From Chrysomallon squamiferum (taxonomy: Eukaryota; Animalia; Mollusca), in contig CM022678.1 in the NCBI GenBank assembly GCA_012295275.1, forward strand, positions 4,402,001-4,466,000: a stretch of DNA of 64,000 nt, given 5' to 3'. Below are positions 30,831-47,021 of this stretch, piece after piece (position 1 is the first letter of the stretch; each line of letters starts with the position of its first letter). A program made the translations under genes and the position numbers. Under the pieces are notes generated by a model. That model was not told where the DNA came from, ran no database searches, and worked only from the letters and a program-made list of their open reading frames with translations.

Positions 30831-31699
30831 CTGAAAGTGTATTTACAAAGAGAGAAAAAAAAAAAAAATCGATCAAGAGAGGCCACTGTTAGAAATATTC
30901 AACAGACAAAATAAGAAAAAAAAAAAAAATAATAATAATAATATGAGTTGCACCTGCGAGAATGGGAATTTAAAACGAAGCCTGATGTTTTGTCATAATC
31001 TTTAACATGCTCACCCGTTACAAGAATTAACCGTTTATGACATTTTTCGGCTACGCTCTGTTGATTTGCTTCACGCACGGTCCATCAGGAAGACTTAAAT
31101 AGCTTCAGAGTGAATAACAGATGTCGTCATGTGAGAAGGAATCTTCTAACACTGAACGAGAAAAACAAAAAAAACTCCAGATTCTTTTTAATTTTTTTTT
31201 CTTCTTCTTCTTCTTCTTCTTCTTCTAGATCTTTTATCAGAAAAAATAACTAGTTCAACCTGACGTACTGTGATGTAAAAGAACGTGGAGCAATGGAAGA
31301 TATTCATAACGAAATCCCTCACAAAGTCTGGAGGGAAAAAAAAAAAAAAACTGCGGCAGAATCATAAACAAAGTTATCGTCTGCTTTGTTCGTTAATGAT
31401 TCCCTGGTGTGTGTTTGTGGGTGTTTTTTGTTTACTTTCGCGGGTTTTAATTGGTTCCACTTCCGGTGCTGTTTTGTAAATTGTTCTGTTGGTAAAGAGT
31501 TTGAATGGACTTCGACGTAAGGATTTCAGTTTGTTGTTTGTTAAATTTCTCGAGTTTTAAGCGAGGGTTTACGTTTTAATTATGGATTTAAGTTAATGGT
31601 GATTCAAGAAAACATGTGAGTGTGTTTTGTCCTGGAGAGTTGAATGTAGGTTCTGTTAATGTTATTCTTTTCGCTTCTCGAATGATTACTATAGTATTA

Positions 31700-31945
31700 A
31701 GTTATTTATGTGTTTTCTTTTATTAATCCTTTTTTAACGTTTTTTTTTAGCTAAATATAGTTTAAATAAAATAAGAAGAAGGAGAAGAAGAAGGGCAACA
31801 GCAACAACAACAACAATAGCAGTTATTTATGGGTTTTTTTATTAATCCTTTTCAAAGGGTTTTTTAGCTAAATATAGTTTAAACAAAATGAGAAGAAGAA
31901 GAAGTATGGCAACAACAACAGTAACAACAACAACAATAGCAGTTA
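31700..31945. repeat. ~120-bp tandem duplication
   Basis: agttatttatg..ttttattaatcctttt..ttttagctaaatatagtttaaa(t/c)aaaat(a/g)agaagaag..ggcaaca occurs twice. Confidence 0.8.
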
Positions 31946-33499
31946 TTAATAGTAGTAGTAGTTGTTGTTGTTGTGTAATAATAATAAATGAGAAAACAAC
32001 AACAACAGCAATACAAGTATTTTATGGACTAGAAAAGAAAGAAGAAATATTTTATTTCATCTACGACATCAACACAGTTGTAGTCTACAGTTATATGATG
32101 TCTTGCGTGTCATCAATGACAATGAGGACAAAGAGAGAAGAAACCACCATACAATCTGCAATTCTTTTCCTATTTAGCAATAAAGTATTTTTTGATATGC
32201 ACTTTCCCTTAAACTGTAAACCGAATCACAGGCTTTCATAAATAAGACGACGATACGAGTTTGATCGGGAAATAATTTTGTTTTCCTTGGATTTTTAAAT
32301 ACTTTTTCTTTAACAGAAAAAATGCTTGAAAATGAGATGTTAAAATGTTTAGGGTATTTGTTGATTTTTATTGTTTGGTTGTTTGATTGTTTTGTTCTTA
32401 TTGTTTTTGTTTTGTTTTGGGTTTTTTTTTTTTTTTTTTTTTTTTATATTTTTTAATTATTATTTATTTTATTTTGTTGTTTTGTTGTTGTTGTTATTGT
32501 TTTTATTTATTTATTTACTTATTTATTTATTTATTTTAGTTTTAGCTGTTTCTTGGATTTTGGGGGGGTTTAGACTGTTTTTTGTGGGTTTTTTTAAATT
32601 TGTCTCTGTGTGTGGAAAGGGATTTTTATTATTTTTATTATTGGTATATATTTTGTGGATGTTATTGGATTGTTTTCTCCGGTTTTTTTTTGTGTGTATA
32701 TGTTTCTTTTGCTTGTTGTTGTTGTTTTCGTGTTCATTACTAACGATTGTTATTTTGTCTTGTATTTTTTTTTTCTTTTTTTTTTAACTTCTGCTGACAT
32801 TAAAACTAGATAACCGCTCCTTCAGTTTTCACAGCGTCAGTTCACTCGCTAAGAGAACATTTCGCGTTTTTTCTTTTCGTGTGACAAGCAACGACCAGCT
32901 AAACGATCTCCTTCCAAAAATATCTTTTAAAAAAAAGAGAAAGAACGAAGACAGTTTTAACGACGCGTCTTCATTGGAAAACAAAAACCTGGTTGCTCTA
33001 AAAGCCCGGATTAAACTTCTTTTTATTGACTGACTTGTCCTCTTCCAGAACAATATTTCATGCGAAAATGGTAATAGTAGTACATTATTTTTAAAGAAGA
33101 TTTGCTCGTTAAAAAAAAAAAAAGAGAGAATAAGTGTCGGAGAAGAAGTGCTTGAGATTCGTGAAGTCTTAGTAAACACCGTCAAAAAAAATTAAGTTTG
33201 ATAACTCGAGAAATTTTTCGAGAGCTGAGAACGACTGATGATGGATAGATGAATGAATGATGGATGGATGAATAGATTATGGTTGGAGGGAAGGAAGGAC
33301 GGAGGGATGGATGGATGGATGATGGAGGAAATGATGAATGATGGATGGATAAAGGTATATATCGGTTAATGTAAGGAACAAATAAACATTGCCAAAAGAA
33401 TGTTATGAAATTCATCGAGATTTAATATGAAAAAAGTTTTTGTTTATCATACAGCATGTTTTTCACTAACTATTATATTACATCAGATATTATACATAC

Positions 33500-33548
<49 letters not shown>

Positions 33549-34506
33549 TATATATAGATATATATATAAAACTCCTCCTAAGGCAATATAATCGATTACT
33601 TTTCTTCCATTACCAGCAAGGAATCTTTTCACACTCCCATAATCCTTCGATGAACCGTTTACAGAGCACTTGTCTGGATCGGGATACAACCTGAATAAGG
33701 CCATGATGTGTACTGATCCTCTAACGCAATCAGGCGTCTGGTCTTCAGTTTTAACTTTGCAGCTATAACCAGCTAGCGAAATGCTAGCTAGCTCCTACAG
33801 TATTTTGAAAATGCTTTCTCTGAAAATTAAAATCTGATAATGTTTTCTTGAAAAAAAAAAAACCCAGCAAGTCGTTAATAGCGCATTGCGTCGCTTTCAG
33901 AGCACGTGCTACTTGTGATGATGAATGCGGGACGCCGTTATTAATGTCAGCCGCGCTTCTCACGGTATTCACGTGCCCAGTTCTCTGAAACTGAAGAGAA
34001 ACTGTGGATGTTTGTCAGAACGAGAGGCTCGGTACTGTTTATTTATCGTCATCGGTCATCTTTCAGTGCATTCAGCAAACACTAAACAGAAACATGAGCG
34101 AGCGAGCGAGTGAGTGACGATGTCAGAATTTAAATTTCTGAAGAGAATGAGATTCAAGAAGATTGCCACGCGAAGCGGAAAGGTGATCATGTGATTTTTT
34201 TTTTCGCTCGTTATGGTTAACACTGCACTGCACGTAATCCACAGATTGTTGTTGGTTTTGTTTTTCTATTGCTTTTTAGTTTATCAATTTTATTTTTCTG
34301 CATTTTAATATATTAGAAAAGGAAATAGAAAATTTTTAACAGATTTAACAAATACGATTATATCCCCCACATTTCATTCCCATCCAGTTCGTTAGTTATG
34401 CTCTCTCGCTTTGTCCTTCTATCTTTGTTTTATTCAGTCCTTTTTGTCTCTTTGTTCATCTTTCACTCTCGCTTTATCCTTCTGTTTGTGTCTCTCTCAA
34501 TCAAAT

Positions 34507-34584
<78 letters not shown>

Positions 34585-35841
34585 GTCTGTCTCTATCTCT
34601 GTCTCTGATTGTCTCTGTCTCTGTCTCTCAAGATTTGATCGGATGTCACAGGATTAACTAAATGCTATATAACTTTCTCTGTCAACACTTTAAAATAGGC
34701 ACTACAGTAACCAGTAGGTTGTGATCTGGATCTCCATTGTACGATAAACATTATAGATAACACGATCCACAACTTTAGTCTTAAACAGGCGTTAAGAAAC
34801 CATCGTGACATAACAGTCATTCGGGCCGAATGATATTAAAATTATACATACAACATTCCAAATCTTAGGTCTAAAATATGTCTATCAGACTTCAGAAAAG
34901 ATATTCTGAAATATCTCTTACTTAGGCTTCATTTTTATTTAAATGTCTATATCCAACTGTTCATGCCTTAGCCCTTAGAAATGACTTGACATCTTTTATT
35001 CTGTTGAATACGTCTTCTTCTTTGGTCATTGTTTATTAAACGTCTCTTTGTGATTGCCAAAATCGTAACGTCGTGAGCCTCAGACATATCTAAACTGGTT
35101 GCTACAAACTGTTATGGAATATCTCGTATTCAGTTTATTAAATCTCTTTAATGTTTTCCTCGAGACAAATCTAAATAAGCGCCAAGAAACGACTGACTGC
35201 CTCTTATTTGACGATGACACGTTTATTAAACGTGCCCATCCATTAATGAAGCGTATTACGATATACACAATACACGACAATCAAACCAATTCCGAATGTG
35301 AAGTTGATTGATAGAGTTAATGGTTTGTCTAACAGACTCTCTATTTTTCTATTATCTTGTGACGCTTTTATTGTGAGCGATGACATTAGTATACACTCAC
35401 CTAAATATATATATGTATATGTGTGTGTGAGTGTTTATGCACCGGTTTGTCTAGCTGACTATAAGCAAATGCCTTCATTCATACACACATACACACATTT
35501 ATATGCATACACATAGCTGTATGTAACTGTCCATACACTCACTCGCGCACACACACACACGCACACGCACACACACACACGAACACTCACCCTTACTCTG
35601 TTCCTGATAATCAATGACGCCAGAGATGTTTACAACATCAGATTATAATTCACATAACAATGAAGCTATTATACTAACATCTTTTTCTTGTCAGGTTTAT
35701 TTATAATTATTACTACTACTAATTATTTCTTCTGTTTTTCTTCTTCTTCTTAACCATATAGAAGTAAATAATTCGTTATTTTTTTCATCCAGCTTCTTCA
35801 TTTTATCTTTTCTTCTTCTTCTTTTTCTTCTTCTTCTTCTT

Positions 35842-35872
<31 letters not shown>

Positions 35873-36413
35873 TTATTATTCTTACTTCTCTTCATCTTCA
35901 TAAGCACATCTAAGCAAATAATTCTTTTTTTTTTTTTTTACTCTCCAGTTTTATTTTATCAACGCCCAGTTTCCTACAGCCATGTCGAACTCTATACACC
36001 TAAATATTTACACTGATTAAAAACAGACCCGGCCCAAGATGCGCGCCTACAATATCATCTTTATTTATTTATATATATATATATATATGTCTCTCATATT
36101 GTTGCTGTATCGCCAGAGGGTTAGAAAGCATTTTGTACAAACACACGAAAAAAAGACGTTCGAGTCGTTTTATAGGATGGGCAGGATTGCAGTCTCTGTT
36201 TGAAGCCAGACACTGTCTTGTTACGTAATGCAAAAACAGCATCTGGCTTGGGAAATGTGTATCGATCAAGTAGTTACGACAATAGAAATATGAATAATTT
36301 GTCTGCCGTCATAAATCAAAAAATTTTCACAAAAAAAAAAAAAGATTACGTATAATATATTCAGTAGGCTTTGGGATATAAGCAATCATGAACAAAGTTA
36401 AAGGCAATAGAAA

Positions 36414-36458
<45 letters not shown>

Positions 36459-37142
36459 ATCTAGACCTATCCGTTATTTCATACACACCTCATGAATAAT
36501 TATTATAATGGGTGGACCAAGCTTACTCGTGGTCTGTTCGAAAGAACAAGAAGATCAGTTGATGCCCCAAGTTGATTAAATTACGTGTGATATGTTTGCG
36601 AATTTAGCAGATCGAGCGCTAAGTGATGATATCATGTGTAATCCGATCGCGTTTTACTGAGATGTTTTCATGACTTATTATACTGCGTTCATTTCTCGTG
36701 GGTTTGTGTTTCATATTGCGCGGAATACAGACGACGTTATTAGTTGCTCGCCGAAGTTGATCGTGCCGCCTTGACAGGTCAAGGTCGCGGGATTTCAGGA
36801 AGGGAGATAATTCTGTAATCCTAACTTGTGTTACACGTGTATATTAAACTGATATTCATTATTCATTGGCTGCAAATTTCATATATATATATACCATATT
36901 TGCACCAAATACACGCACGCACAGACATTGACAAACACAAAAAAATATATATATATAAATATATATATATATACGTATGAACAGACACCGAATTTACAAC
37001 AAAACATACATACACACATACATACATACACACATACATACACACAAACACACCACATACATACACATACATGCACACATACACACACACACATACATAC
37101 ATACATACACCCACATACAAACACACACACATACCTAAATAT

Positions 37143-37225
<83 letters not shown>

Positions 37226-38807
37226 ACGATCACGATCACGATCACACATATACACAGATATATTTCTAAATGACCAAACACGTATATGAATATGTCGACT
37301 CGGGTGAAGTATGACTGCCTGACTGTAAAGCGAATGGGTTCAAGTCACTGTGTTGTGTACGATGATGACGTGCGTGTTCTCTTATTTATCACACTCCTGT
37401 TTTAACTGATTATGGATTGTTCGGTTACAAACTTAATTGGCTCATTATTCATTTATCAATTTACTGATCTGTGGAAGAATTCGGTCGACGTGGTAAACAT
37501 ATCATTGATTTCCTTGAAATGATCGTCAAAATCTGTGTTAACTGGTGCATACATACAGCCAGACGTTCGATCTGTATTTTACTTGTTACTCCTACACGAT
37601 TTTGAATTAACAGAATGTTTTCGTTTTAATGGAAGTGCAGTTGACCTTTATTACGCAATACCATTTTACAGTGGTTAAGTTCTAAATGTGAATGTCTCTA
37701 AGTGTGCAGATGCTAGTCTGATTAATAAGAGTTTTATTTATGACGTCAGAACCTTACGGGATGCGTTGGATATTAGTAACGGACGGATGGATGGATGAAT
37801 GAATGGATAGACAGAAGGACGGATAGTTTTTTATTTGTAACGTCTACAAGTTGGGGACTGCTCTTGATGTGAGGAATGGATGGATGAATGTTTTTCAGTT
37901 TGTGACGTCAGAAGTTGCCTAGCTACAATATATCGGTAGAGATAATGGGGAAGTAGTTGTCGGTACGTTCTAGTCAAAGATTAGAGTATATGAGTTATTT
38001 TGTTTTATTTTATTTTATTTGTTTTATTTTATTTTCATTTTTTTTTATTATTATTATTATTATTATCAACATCATCGTCATTACTATTACCATAATAATA
38101 ATAATAATAATTATTATTATTATTATTGTTATTATTATTGTGTTGTTGTTGTTGTTCTTGATGATGATGATGTTGTCATTGTTATTTTTATTATTATATT
38201 GTTTTGCTGTGCACGTTGATGTTGATGATCTATTTATTGTTACCCCTACTTATCTTATTATTTCCATAATTATTTTAAAATACAACAAAAGCAATTTTCT
38301 TGTATTTATTTTTTACGAACTAATTTTGAAATAGACATTAGCTTTTACGTCTGTTTCTATAGTTTTTTTTTTTTTTTTTTTTAGTTTTTTTTTTTTTTTA
38401 GGTTATTTGTTCTGTTAATCCTCTCGTTAATGAAACGTCAGTTTTATGACTAACTATTCTGCCGTTAATATTTCATCTATATATATTAAAAATTTGTTAT
38501 GTTTCGTGCATTTATTGATTTCTTAAAGAAAAGCCGCTTCAGACTGTAAAATAAATTGAAATAATTGAAAAGACTACAAAAGAAAATATTATTGAATACA
38601 TTATATGGTAATGGACATTTTACAGAAGTAAACATTTTTTTTTTTTTTTTTTCTTTTCTTGTTGCGGCAAAATAAAATGAAATGAAGCATTTTAATTAAG
38701 TTTTGTTGTTGTTGTTGTTAATGTTGTTTATTTATTCATGTTATAGATCGTTCTTCGTGTTCCTTTTTATTACTTCAGAATGAAACGTTAAGTGCAAAAA
38801 TAATTGA

Positions 38808-38895
<88 letters not shown>

Positions 38896-38900
38896 GTTCT

Positions 38901-39084
38901 TAATCACTAGAACGGACTTTTGCTATATTTTTTTATAAGACCGGCGTCATGTTCAACTGTCACCACACTGTGTTCCACATTATTGATCCGCCGCTGTCAG
39001 GGAGTGTTTGTGAACTTGAACTAGACTGGTAACGTGTCCCGAAGCTCTGGCGCTGTAGCGTGATATAAAAAATGAGTCTTTTAG
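38901..39084 (-). mobile_element. ~185-bp dispersed repeat, copy 2 (inverted), adjacent to (GA)n
   Basis: Reverse complement of 16637-16821 with few substitutions. The (GA)n tract at 38812-38893 lies at the end equivalent to copy 1's downstream (CT)n. Confidence 0.75.
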
Positions 39085-40874
39085 TGTTTTGAAGCAGGGC
39101 TAATTGCGTGACAAATTAGAAAGGAAACAAGAAAACTAAAAGGAACACGAAATGAAGAAGGTTTTTATTTTATTTTTTATTTTTTATTTTTTTTCTCATC
39201 TTTTTCTTTTTATTACTGTGTCCGTATTTGTGCGTGTAATTAATATTCATTGCTCTGTCTGTACGCGGACTGCACTGAAGTATTGTCGAGAAAGTTGATG
39301 CAGTCCATAAGCACACATACTTCTGGCTTCGTTTTCCTGTTGTTAACATATTAATAGCAGTTGCTTTTTAGAATCGTGATCGTTATCGTCATCAGTACAG
39401 TATTTTAGATAAACTTGAACTTTTAGAGGAACATGAAGTCTCAGATATAGAATGAGTGAGTGACGGGACGAAAAGGATTGACAGAACGATAAATAGATAG
39501 TTATATAGATAGAGAGTTAGATAGATAATTAGATGTTCAGATAGACAGATGGATCAATGGATGCACGGATAGATGGATAGACAGAGAAACGGAAGGATAG
39601 GTACGTATGCAGTATAGACAGGCAGACAACCAGAAAAGAGAAAAAAGTGAGACACAAAAATTATAATAATAAAATGATGTAGATGAAGAAAGAAAAAAAG
39701 TAAAGGAAGAAAAATAGCTTTCAAAACAACAGAAAAAATGAATTAACGAAAGTAAAAAAAAAAAAAAAGAAAGAAAGAAAGAGAGGGAACAGGTGCATCA
39801 ATACAATGGCAGGAAGTCCTTAAACTAAAGTCAGTTATGAAATTTTACAGAATACTCTATGATAAAGTAACAGATAATATTTTTTTTAAAAGCCAGCAGC
39901 CTGTTATTACTTCCTTATTAGTAATAACTTCCATCTACTGGGCAAAGCAAAAGAATGTCACAAAAAAAAAAAAAAAAAAAAAAAAAAAGTCATTCAAATC
40001 TTTTTAAAGAATAATAAAGACGTAGAAAAAAAAAGTGTATAATAATTCAGTGAAAACAAAAGGTTAGGGTAAAAAGTACAAAAGAAAAAAAAATCTATAT
40101 ATGTCCTCAAGCATTGGTATTTACGTGTTCATGTTATTTGAGAAGTTGGAAAAGTATCTAGTGACATGACACCAATATTGTTTTACTTCACTGAAAAAGA
40201 ACAAAAAGAAAAAATATTTCTTTCCGAATAGAATAGAAATGAAGTTCGTTAGGTGCGTAAAAAAAAAAAAAATTTTGTTTTTCTATTTTTGTTTTGTAGC
40301 TTTGCTTGTTTGTTTGTTTGTTTGTTTGTTTTTTCTCAATATGTCTCTCTCTATATATATATATATCCTACATTACTAGATATATATATATATGTGTGTA
40401 TGTATGTATGTATGTGTGTATGTAAATATGTATATATGTGTGTGTGTGTGTGTTGTGTGTGTGTGTCTGTATGTATCCTTGTGTGTGTGAGGCTATTAAA
40501 GGTTCTAAAATAGTTCCTCTATTCAGTTAAGTCACTAACAAACTTCTTTTTTTTTAATATATATATATGATTTATATAATAAAACGTAAAGCAGTTTCTC
40601 TAATCACATCTCATGTTTTATTCTGTTTTGTTGTAAATTTTATTCTGTTTGTCCTAACGTTTTGTAATAAAGAAAAGACAGTAAATATTTTTGGCGCGGA
40701 AGTGTAGTCGTTTGTTCTCTCTAAGCAAGAAAGGTTTTACGTCATCGATACGGCGTTATTGGTTTTATTTCCGTTAGTGTTTTGAAGAATTTCATTAATC
40801 ATTTTTGTTATCTGTTTGGTATCTTCTCTGCGATTATTTGGAATCAGAATATTTGTTAATATTGTCCTGTTATT

Positions 40875-40909
<35 letters not shown>

Positions 40910-41734
40910 CGTTAATTTTGTCTTGAAACAGTGAAAGATATCGAAGTAGTGTATTGGGAATTCTGATGTTATCTTTCTGTCATTATCTTTTTCTTCTTCT
41001 TCTTTTTTCCCCCCCTTTTCCTTTTTCTGCTTCTTTTTCTTCTTTATTATTATTCATTATCTTTAGAAATGTACTTTATTTCAGCAACACTGAAACTTGC
41101 TGAAGCTATTGAAATAATTTTCACTGCTTTAAATAAAGTAATTGATCTATTCAAATCTCATAATTGAAGTCAGGCTCAGTTTTCGTTAAAACTTCAAAAA
41201 ATAAAGCTGCAGTTTCAGTCCTTCGAGTGTCCGTGACCAGTGTTACGTTACTAATTTGTTTTCTGTTTTCGATGGTGTCTCATTTTCGTACACGTTAGCA
41301 TTATACACCGTTGGTCGTTCCAGAACAAACGTAGTCTAATTAAAATCTTCGCAACATCATTATGGACGAAGTGGTCATTAGACCTATATATGAAGCTTAA
41401 ACTTTGAGACAACAGAGCTGTGACAGTGTTTTAGACAGAACTAGACTTCAGAATGACGAAATAATCGATGGACCAATTTACAAACCGGTTAATTTATAAT
41501 GAGTATAAAATAATTTCGACAGCTTAAAGTGCACGAAATGGTCGCTGACCGTTTGAGTTGTTTATTTCTGGTCCAGTTTCAGACGTGGACAAAATAAGTC
41601 AACTGGCCAGTGTGTCATTATTTTATTCTTTTGAGCCAAATTAACTAAATTGTGGCCAGTTTACAGAACGTGAATAGATTCGTCGATTAACGAATTTTAA
41701 AATGTTGACAAACTAGTTATCTTGGCCAGAGTAA

Positions 41735-41918
<184 letters not shown>

Positions 41919-43424
41919 ATTTTATTCTATTTTTTTGTTGATAATCTGAAATGCTGATATATTTATTAAGACAACAAGGCGTACCCAGTTTAAAGACCAA
42001 TATGTTAAACATAGATATAAAACAAACGATAGGCCGGTATATAATTTATTTAGTGTATTCTCTGAATGGACTTAAACTGTTGTGATTTTGAGACGTATAC
42101 GAAATGGCCAACGAACTGACCTACAGTCAGACGTACGGACTAAACCAAAGTCAGTTCCAAAGTCAGAATAGTCGATTTATCAATATATGTCTTCAAACGT
42201 ACACTTTGAGCATTATTCACCGCATCAGTTAAACTGAGGCCAATTTAAAAAGCAGACGAGTTTAGAGCAGTGTGTATTTATTTTGTATATTCTTTGATTG
42301 ATCAGTTTAAAACTTGATAAAATAGTCTACAGATGTATATATATTTATAGAATTATTTCATTTTTTATTTTTTTATTTTATTTATTTACTTACCTACTTA
42401 CTTACTTACTTACGTGCTTATTTGCTTACTTATTTTATTTGTCTGTCTGTCTGTCTATTTATTTATTTATTTATTTTTATATTTTTATTTATTTATTTAT
42501 TTATTTATTTCATATATTTTATTTTATTTTATATAATATTTTTTCATTTTATATTATTTTTTTTTATGTCATTTCATTTCATTCTTTTTATTTTGTTTTA
42601 TTTTACTTATTCGTTTTTTATTTACTTATTTATTTATTTATTTGTTTGTTTGTTTGTTTGTTTGTTTGTTTGTTTGTTTGTTTACTTACTTACTTACAAA
42701 TCAGACTATGACAAGCTTAAAAATTAGCCAGTACTTTATCTAAAACAATCGATTAATTACAGTATAACTGCATCCTTTCATTTCTTGAACCAAATAAATT
42801 CTGATCAGTTTAAATGATCGACAAAGTAATTATCAAGAAATGCAATCAATCAAAAAAAACCGATCAGTTTAAATAGGTTTGGATAAATAGTCGACTGAGC
42901 AATTATAGTTACAGTTATCTGGTTCTGTTCTTTCAACTCTGAGCAAATTAAAATGCCCGAAGATTGTCCGATGTATGACTGCTGAGTGTTATTCTTGGAA
43001 TGTTAGATAATGATCAGTTTTAAAAAAGATAACAAGTCCAGTATAGAAAAAACATAAATGGTTCTTTGAGAAATTTGTAACATTTTTGGTTGTTGTTGTT
43101 TTGTTGTTGTTGTTTTTTTGTTGTTTTTTTCTGTTAATTGTTATCAAACCACAGGCAAATTGTAGTCGATACACTTAGGTACAATCATCTGTTGTTGTTT
43201 TTCTAACTTTTTTTTTTTGTTGCTGTTGTTTTTTGTTTTTTTTTATATTATTTATTTATTTGTTTTATTTATTTATTTATTTTATTTTATTTATTTATTT
43301 TATTTTATTTCATTTTATTTTTATTATTTTGTTGGTTTTTTTTTTTGGGGGGGGGTATAAATTCGATCATAACCAGTTAAAAGCACGTACAAGTTACATA
43401 CTCAGTTGACCATTCCTTATTATA

Positions 43425-43531
<107 letters not shown>

Positions 43532-44017
43532 ATATAGATAGATAGACATAGATTATAGATAGATATTCACACACACTCGGTTGACCATTCTTTATCATTT
43601 GGTCATTTAACTGTGACAGTACGAAGAATCGATGACAACAACAAGACGGCGTACTTGAGTACAATTAGTGGATGTATTGTATTCACCATTGGATCTGTTG
43701 ACGTATGACCAACTTACAGTACGTGCGAGTTCGCTGTGAACGATTTCTTCAGTCAAGTGGGTAGCCTGAACGCAACAATGAATATAAAACAAAATGATTA
43801 AATCGACGCGAATCGATCTGCCACGTCAATTATTGGAAAATAATTAAAATGTACTTAACTGTGAAGCTTTACGTAGAAAGAAAGGAAGACAATAAAAAAA
43901 ATAAAATAAAATTTGTTTAATTTATTCTTCTTACTCTCTCTGTCTGTCCGTCTTTCTGTTTCTTTCAGTTCTTTCTATAATCTAAGATTATTCAGTAACG
44001 TAAACTCTTTTGAATTA

Positions 44018-44054
<37 letters not shown>

Positions 44055-44794
44055 TCATTATTATTTATATATATATAGAAAATTTGTTTTTGAAAACTAA
44101 TAAATGTTATTATTAAAATATAATGAAATACTAGTGCTCATTTTATTTTTTTTTTTTTTTTTTTTTTTTCATCTTTTACTTTGAATTGTTTTCAGTTTTA
44201 TGACCAGGCCATTTCTTCCCTTTAACAATACACAATATAATCATAAATAAACAAAAGGAAAACGGACACTGATATATTAACAAAAACAAAATTATCTTTT
44301 CAATGAATACCAAGCAGTCGTCTATGAATTCTTAACAGGGCAGAAGATACCATTCACTGAAAGAGACGCGATTCGCTTTATGAATGAATAAATAATTTAA
44401 ACCGTGAAATTCTAGATTTATTTCTCTGAATAACTAAACAGTGTGTAACCTTTTGTTAATGATATCTGTTTCATTGCTGCATTTTAAATGTCGCACCGTT
44501 TAAACATTACAGTTTCTGAAGATCGTTATTTCGTTATTACACGGTTATTTACCGATCTCTTGGCTCAAATAAGCTGTCAAAACAGTGGTTAGAGTAGTGG
44601 TTACGTCCAGACACCACAGATGTAAACGATCAATACACGTAACTAGATACATTGGATGATTTCCCAATCTAACTAGGGTCTCGTTATATTAAAGGCTGTG
44701 TTTGTTAATATTTTGTTACTGTTAATGTCATTATCATTCTGTTTTCTTTTGTTGTTCTTCTTGTTGTTGTTGTTCTTCTTCTTATTATTATTAT

Positions 44795-44843
<49 letters not shown>

Positions 44844-45680
44844 GTTATTGTGTTTATCATTATCGTTATTAGTGTTGTTACTGTCATTATTTTTTTATTG
44901 TTGTTGATGTTGTTGTTATTAATATAATCATATATTGAATTTTTTTTCAAATATTATCATTATCATGATGATAATGATCACTAGTTTTTGTTTATCTTGT
45001 TGTTTTGTTTTGTTGTGTTGTTTTATTGTTGTTATTTGTTGTTTGCTTTTGTTTTTTGTTGATATTTGTTCTTGTTTGTCGTTTTGTTGTTGGTTTTTTG
45101 TTGTGTTTTTTTTTTTAAGTGTATGTGGGAGTATATTTTTGCTGTTGTTGGTTTTGTCTTGTTCCGTCGAGTAACAGTTGCGAATTTCCTCTGTAACAAA
45201 TCATTATTAGAACATCAAAGGCTCTGCGCCTGACTTCTACATCCGATAAAATTAAAATCTAACTGAATTCTCGCCGATCATTTATTTATACTCACTTATT
45301 TAATTATACTTTTCTCTCCACTGGTTAACACGCAAAACATGCATTCATAATTAGAGAGCGTTGAACTGAAAAACTGATCAAAATCAGTATAGCTGATCGA
45401 ACTATTGCTTGGAACGCCTGGAATGCCGAATGTCGTGAGTTCAATTCTTCTGGGAGAAGATTAATGACGTTCTGATATTATTGTTTAATGGGAAGATGTT
45501 TTTGGGGGAAGGTTTTGTGTGTGTGTGTTGTTACTAAAGCTGAATGTCAAGAAACTTGTAAAAAAAAAATACAACTATTTTATAAAATGGTTGTGCCATT
45601 TTACAGACAAACATATATAGATATATACATGAATACGTACATACATACAAACATACACACATACTTACATGCATAAATGC

Positions 45681-45757
<77 letters not shown>

Positions 45758-46990
45758 TATATCAAACTGATTACAACAACTAAACCAGATCAAGCAAAAA
45801 CGTGAGTACTTGAAATACGTACGAGCGGACGTAAAGTTAATGAAATGCGTACGTCAACGTAACTCAGATTCGCACGTTCGCAGGCAAGGTAACTCAGAAG
45901 GTTCTACACGTGCATGTAAAGCAGCTAAAACATGTACGCGTGCATGTAAAACAAGCCAAGCAAAACTAACAGCTGATGGTATCTTCAAAAAAAAACATCA
46001 AACTGTTACTCTGCTTTTATCAGTTCTTTCGCTCTTCCGCTGTTGATGTCATTACAATATTTACGACCCGTTTGGGGTTTTTTGCGTGATCTATCAATCT
46101 GTTTTCAAACAGAGAAGATAAAACATCATCTTCTCAAAACTTTCATACTCTGGCCTGATGAATGGATTTAGGAAAATAGAAAAAAAACAATGTTAAAGAC
46201 GTAATCTCTAAGTAAACATTTTTTTAATTATTATTTCTTTCCAAGTTTTTTCTTTTTTTCTTTCTTTCTGTTTTCACTCTTCATCTTTTTATTTTGCTAT
46301 TACTGTGTCCATTACCATTATCACTACTTCAACCATCATTACAAACAGCAGCAACTACCGTTACTACCACCGTCTATAGCAACAGCTTCAACTACTACTA
46401 TTACAACCATCACCACCACCACTAGCAACAGAAAGAATTATCACTACTACCATTTGTAACAACAACTACTACTACTACAACTGCTATAACTTTCTTTGAC
46501 TTTTTAGTTACTTTTAATATTATTATTGTAATTATTACTGCTGCTGCTACTACTAGAACAACTACTACCACTATTACTACTACTAGTACTACCACTACAA
46601 CGTTACTTCTACTATTATTACAACAATTACTGTTACCAGTACTTACTTCTGTAATTAATTTCACAGCAGCAACTAATACCATAACTACTTTTATAAATCC
46701 TTCTACTAGCAATACTACTACACCTACTACTACTTCTGCTAGAAATACTACTACTGCTACTTCTGTTACTACTGTTTATGTTTCTATATAAAACTATATT
46801 TGGTTTCTATTATTTAACTATTCTACAACTACTTCGACTGCTAAAAGCACTACCATTACTATTACTACTTTCACTATTATTACTACTGCTGCTACTACTA
46901 CTACTACTACTACTAGATCAATCAAACTTTACGACTGTTCCCGCTGACAATCATTTGCTACCACCATGACTATGCTGTACGCTCGTACTC

Positions 46991-47021
<31 letters not shown>

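Noticed and set aside
32829-33185. 118-aa minus-strand ORF in unique sequence
   Set aside because: It has a non-ATG start, poly-F runs from homopolymers, and no codon bias or recognisable motif.
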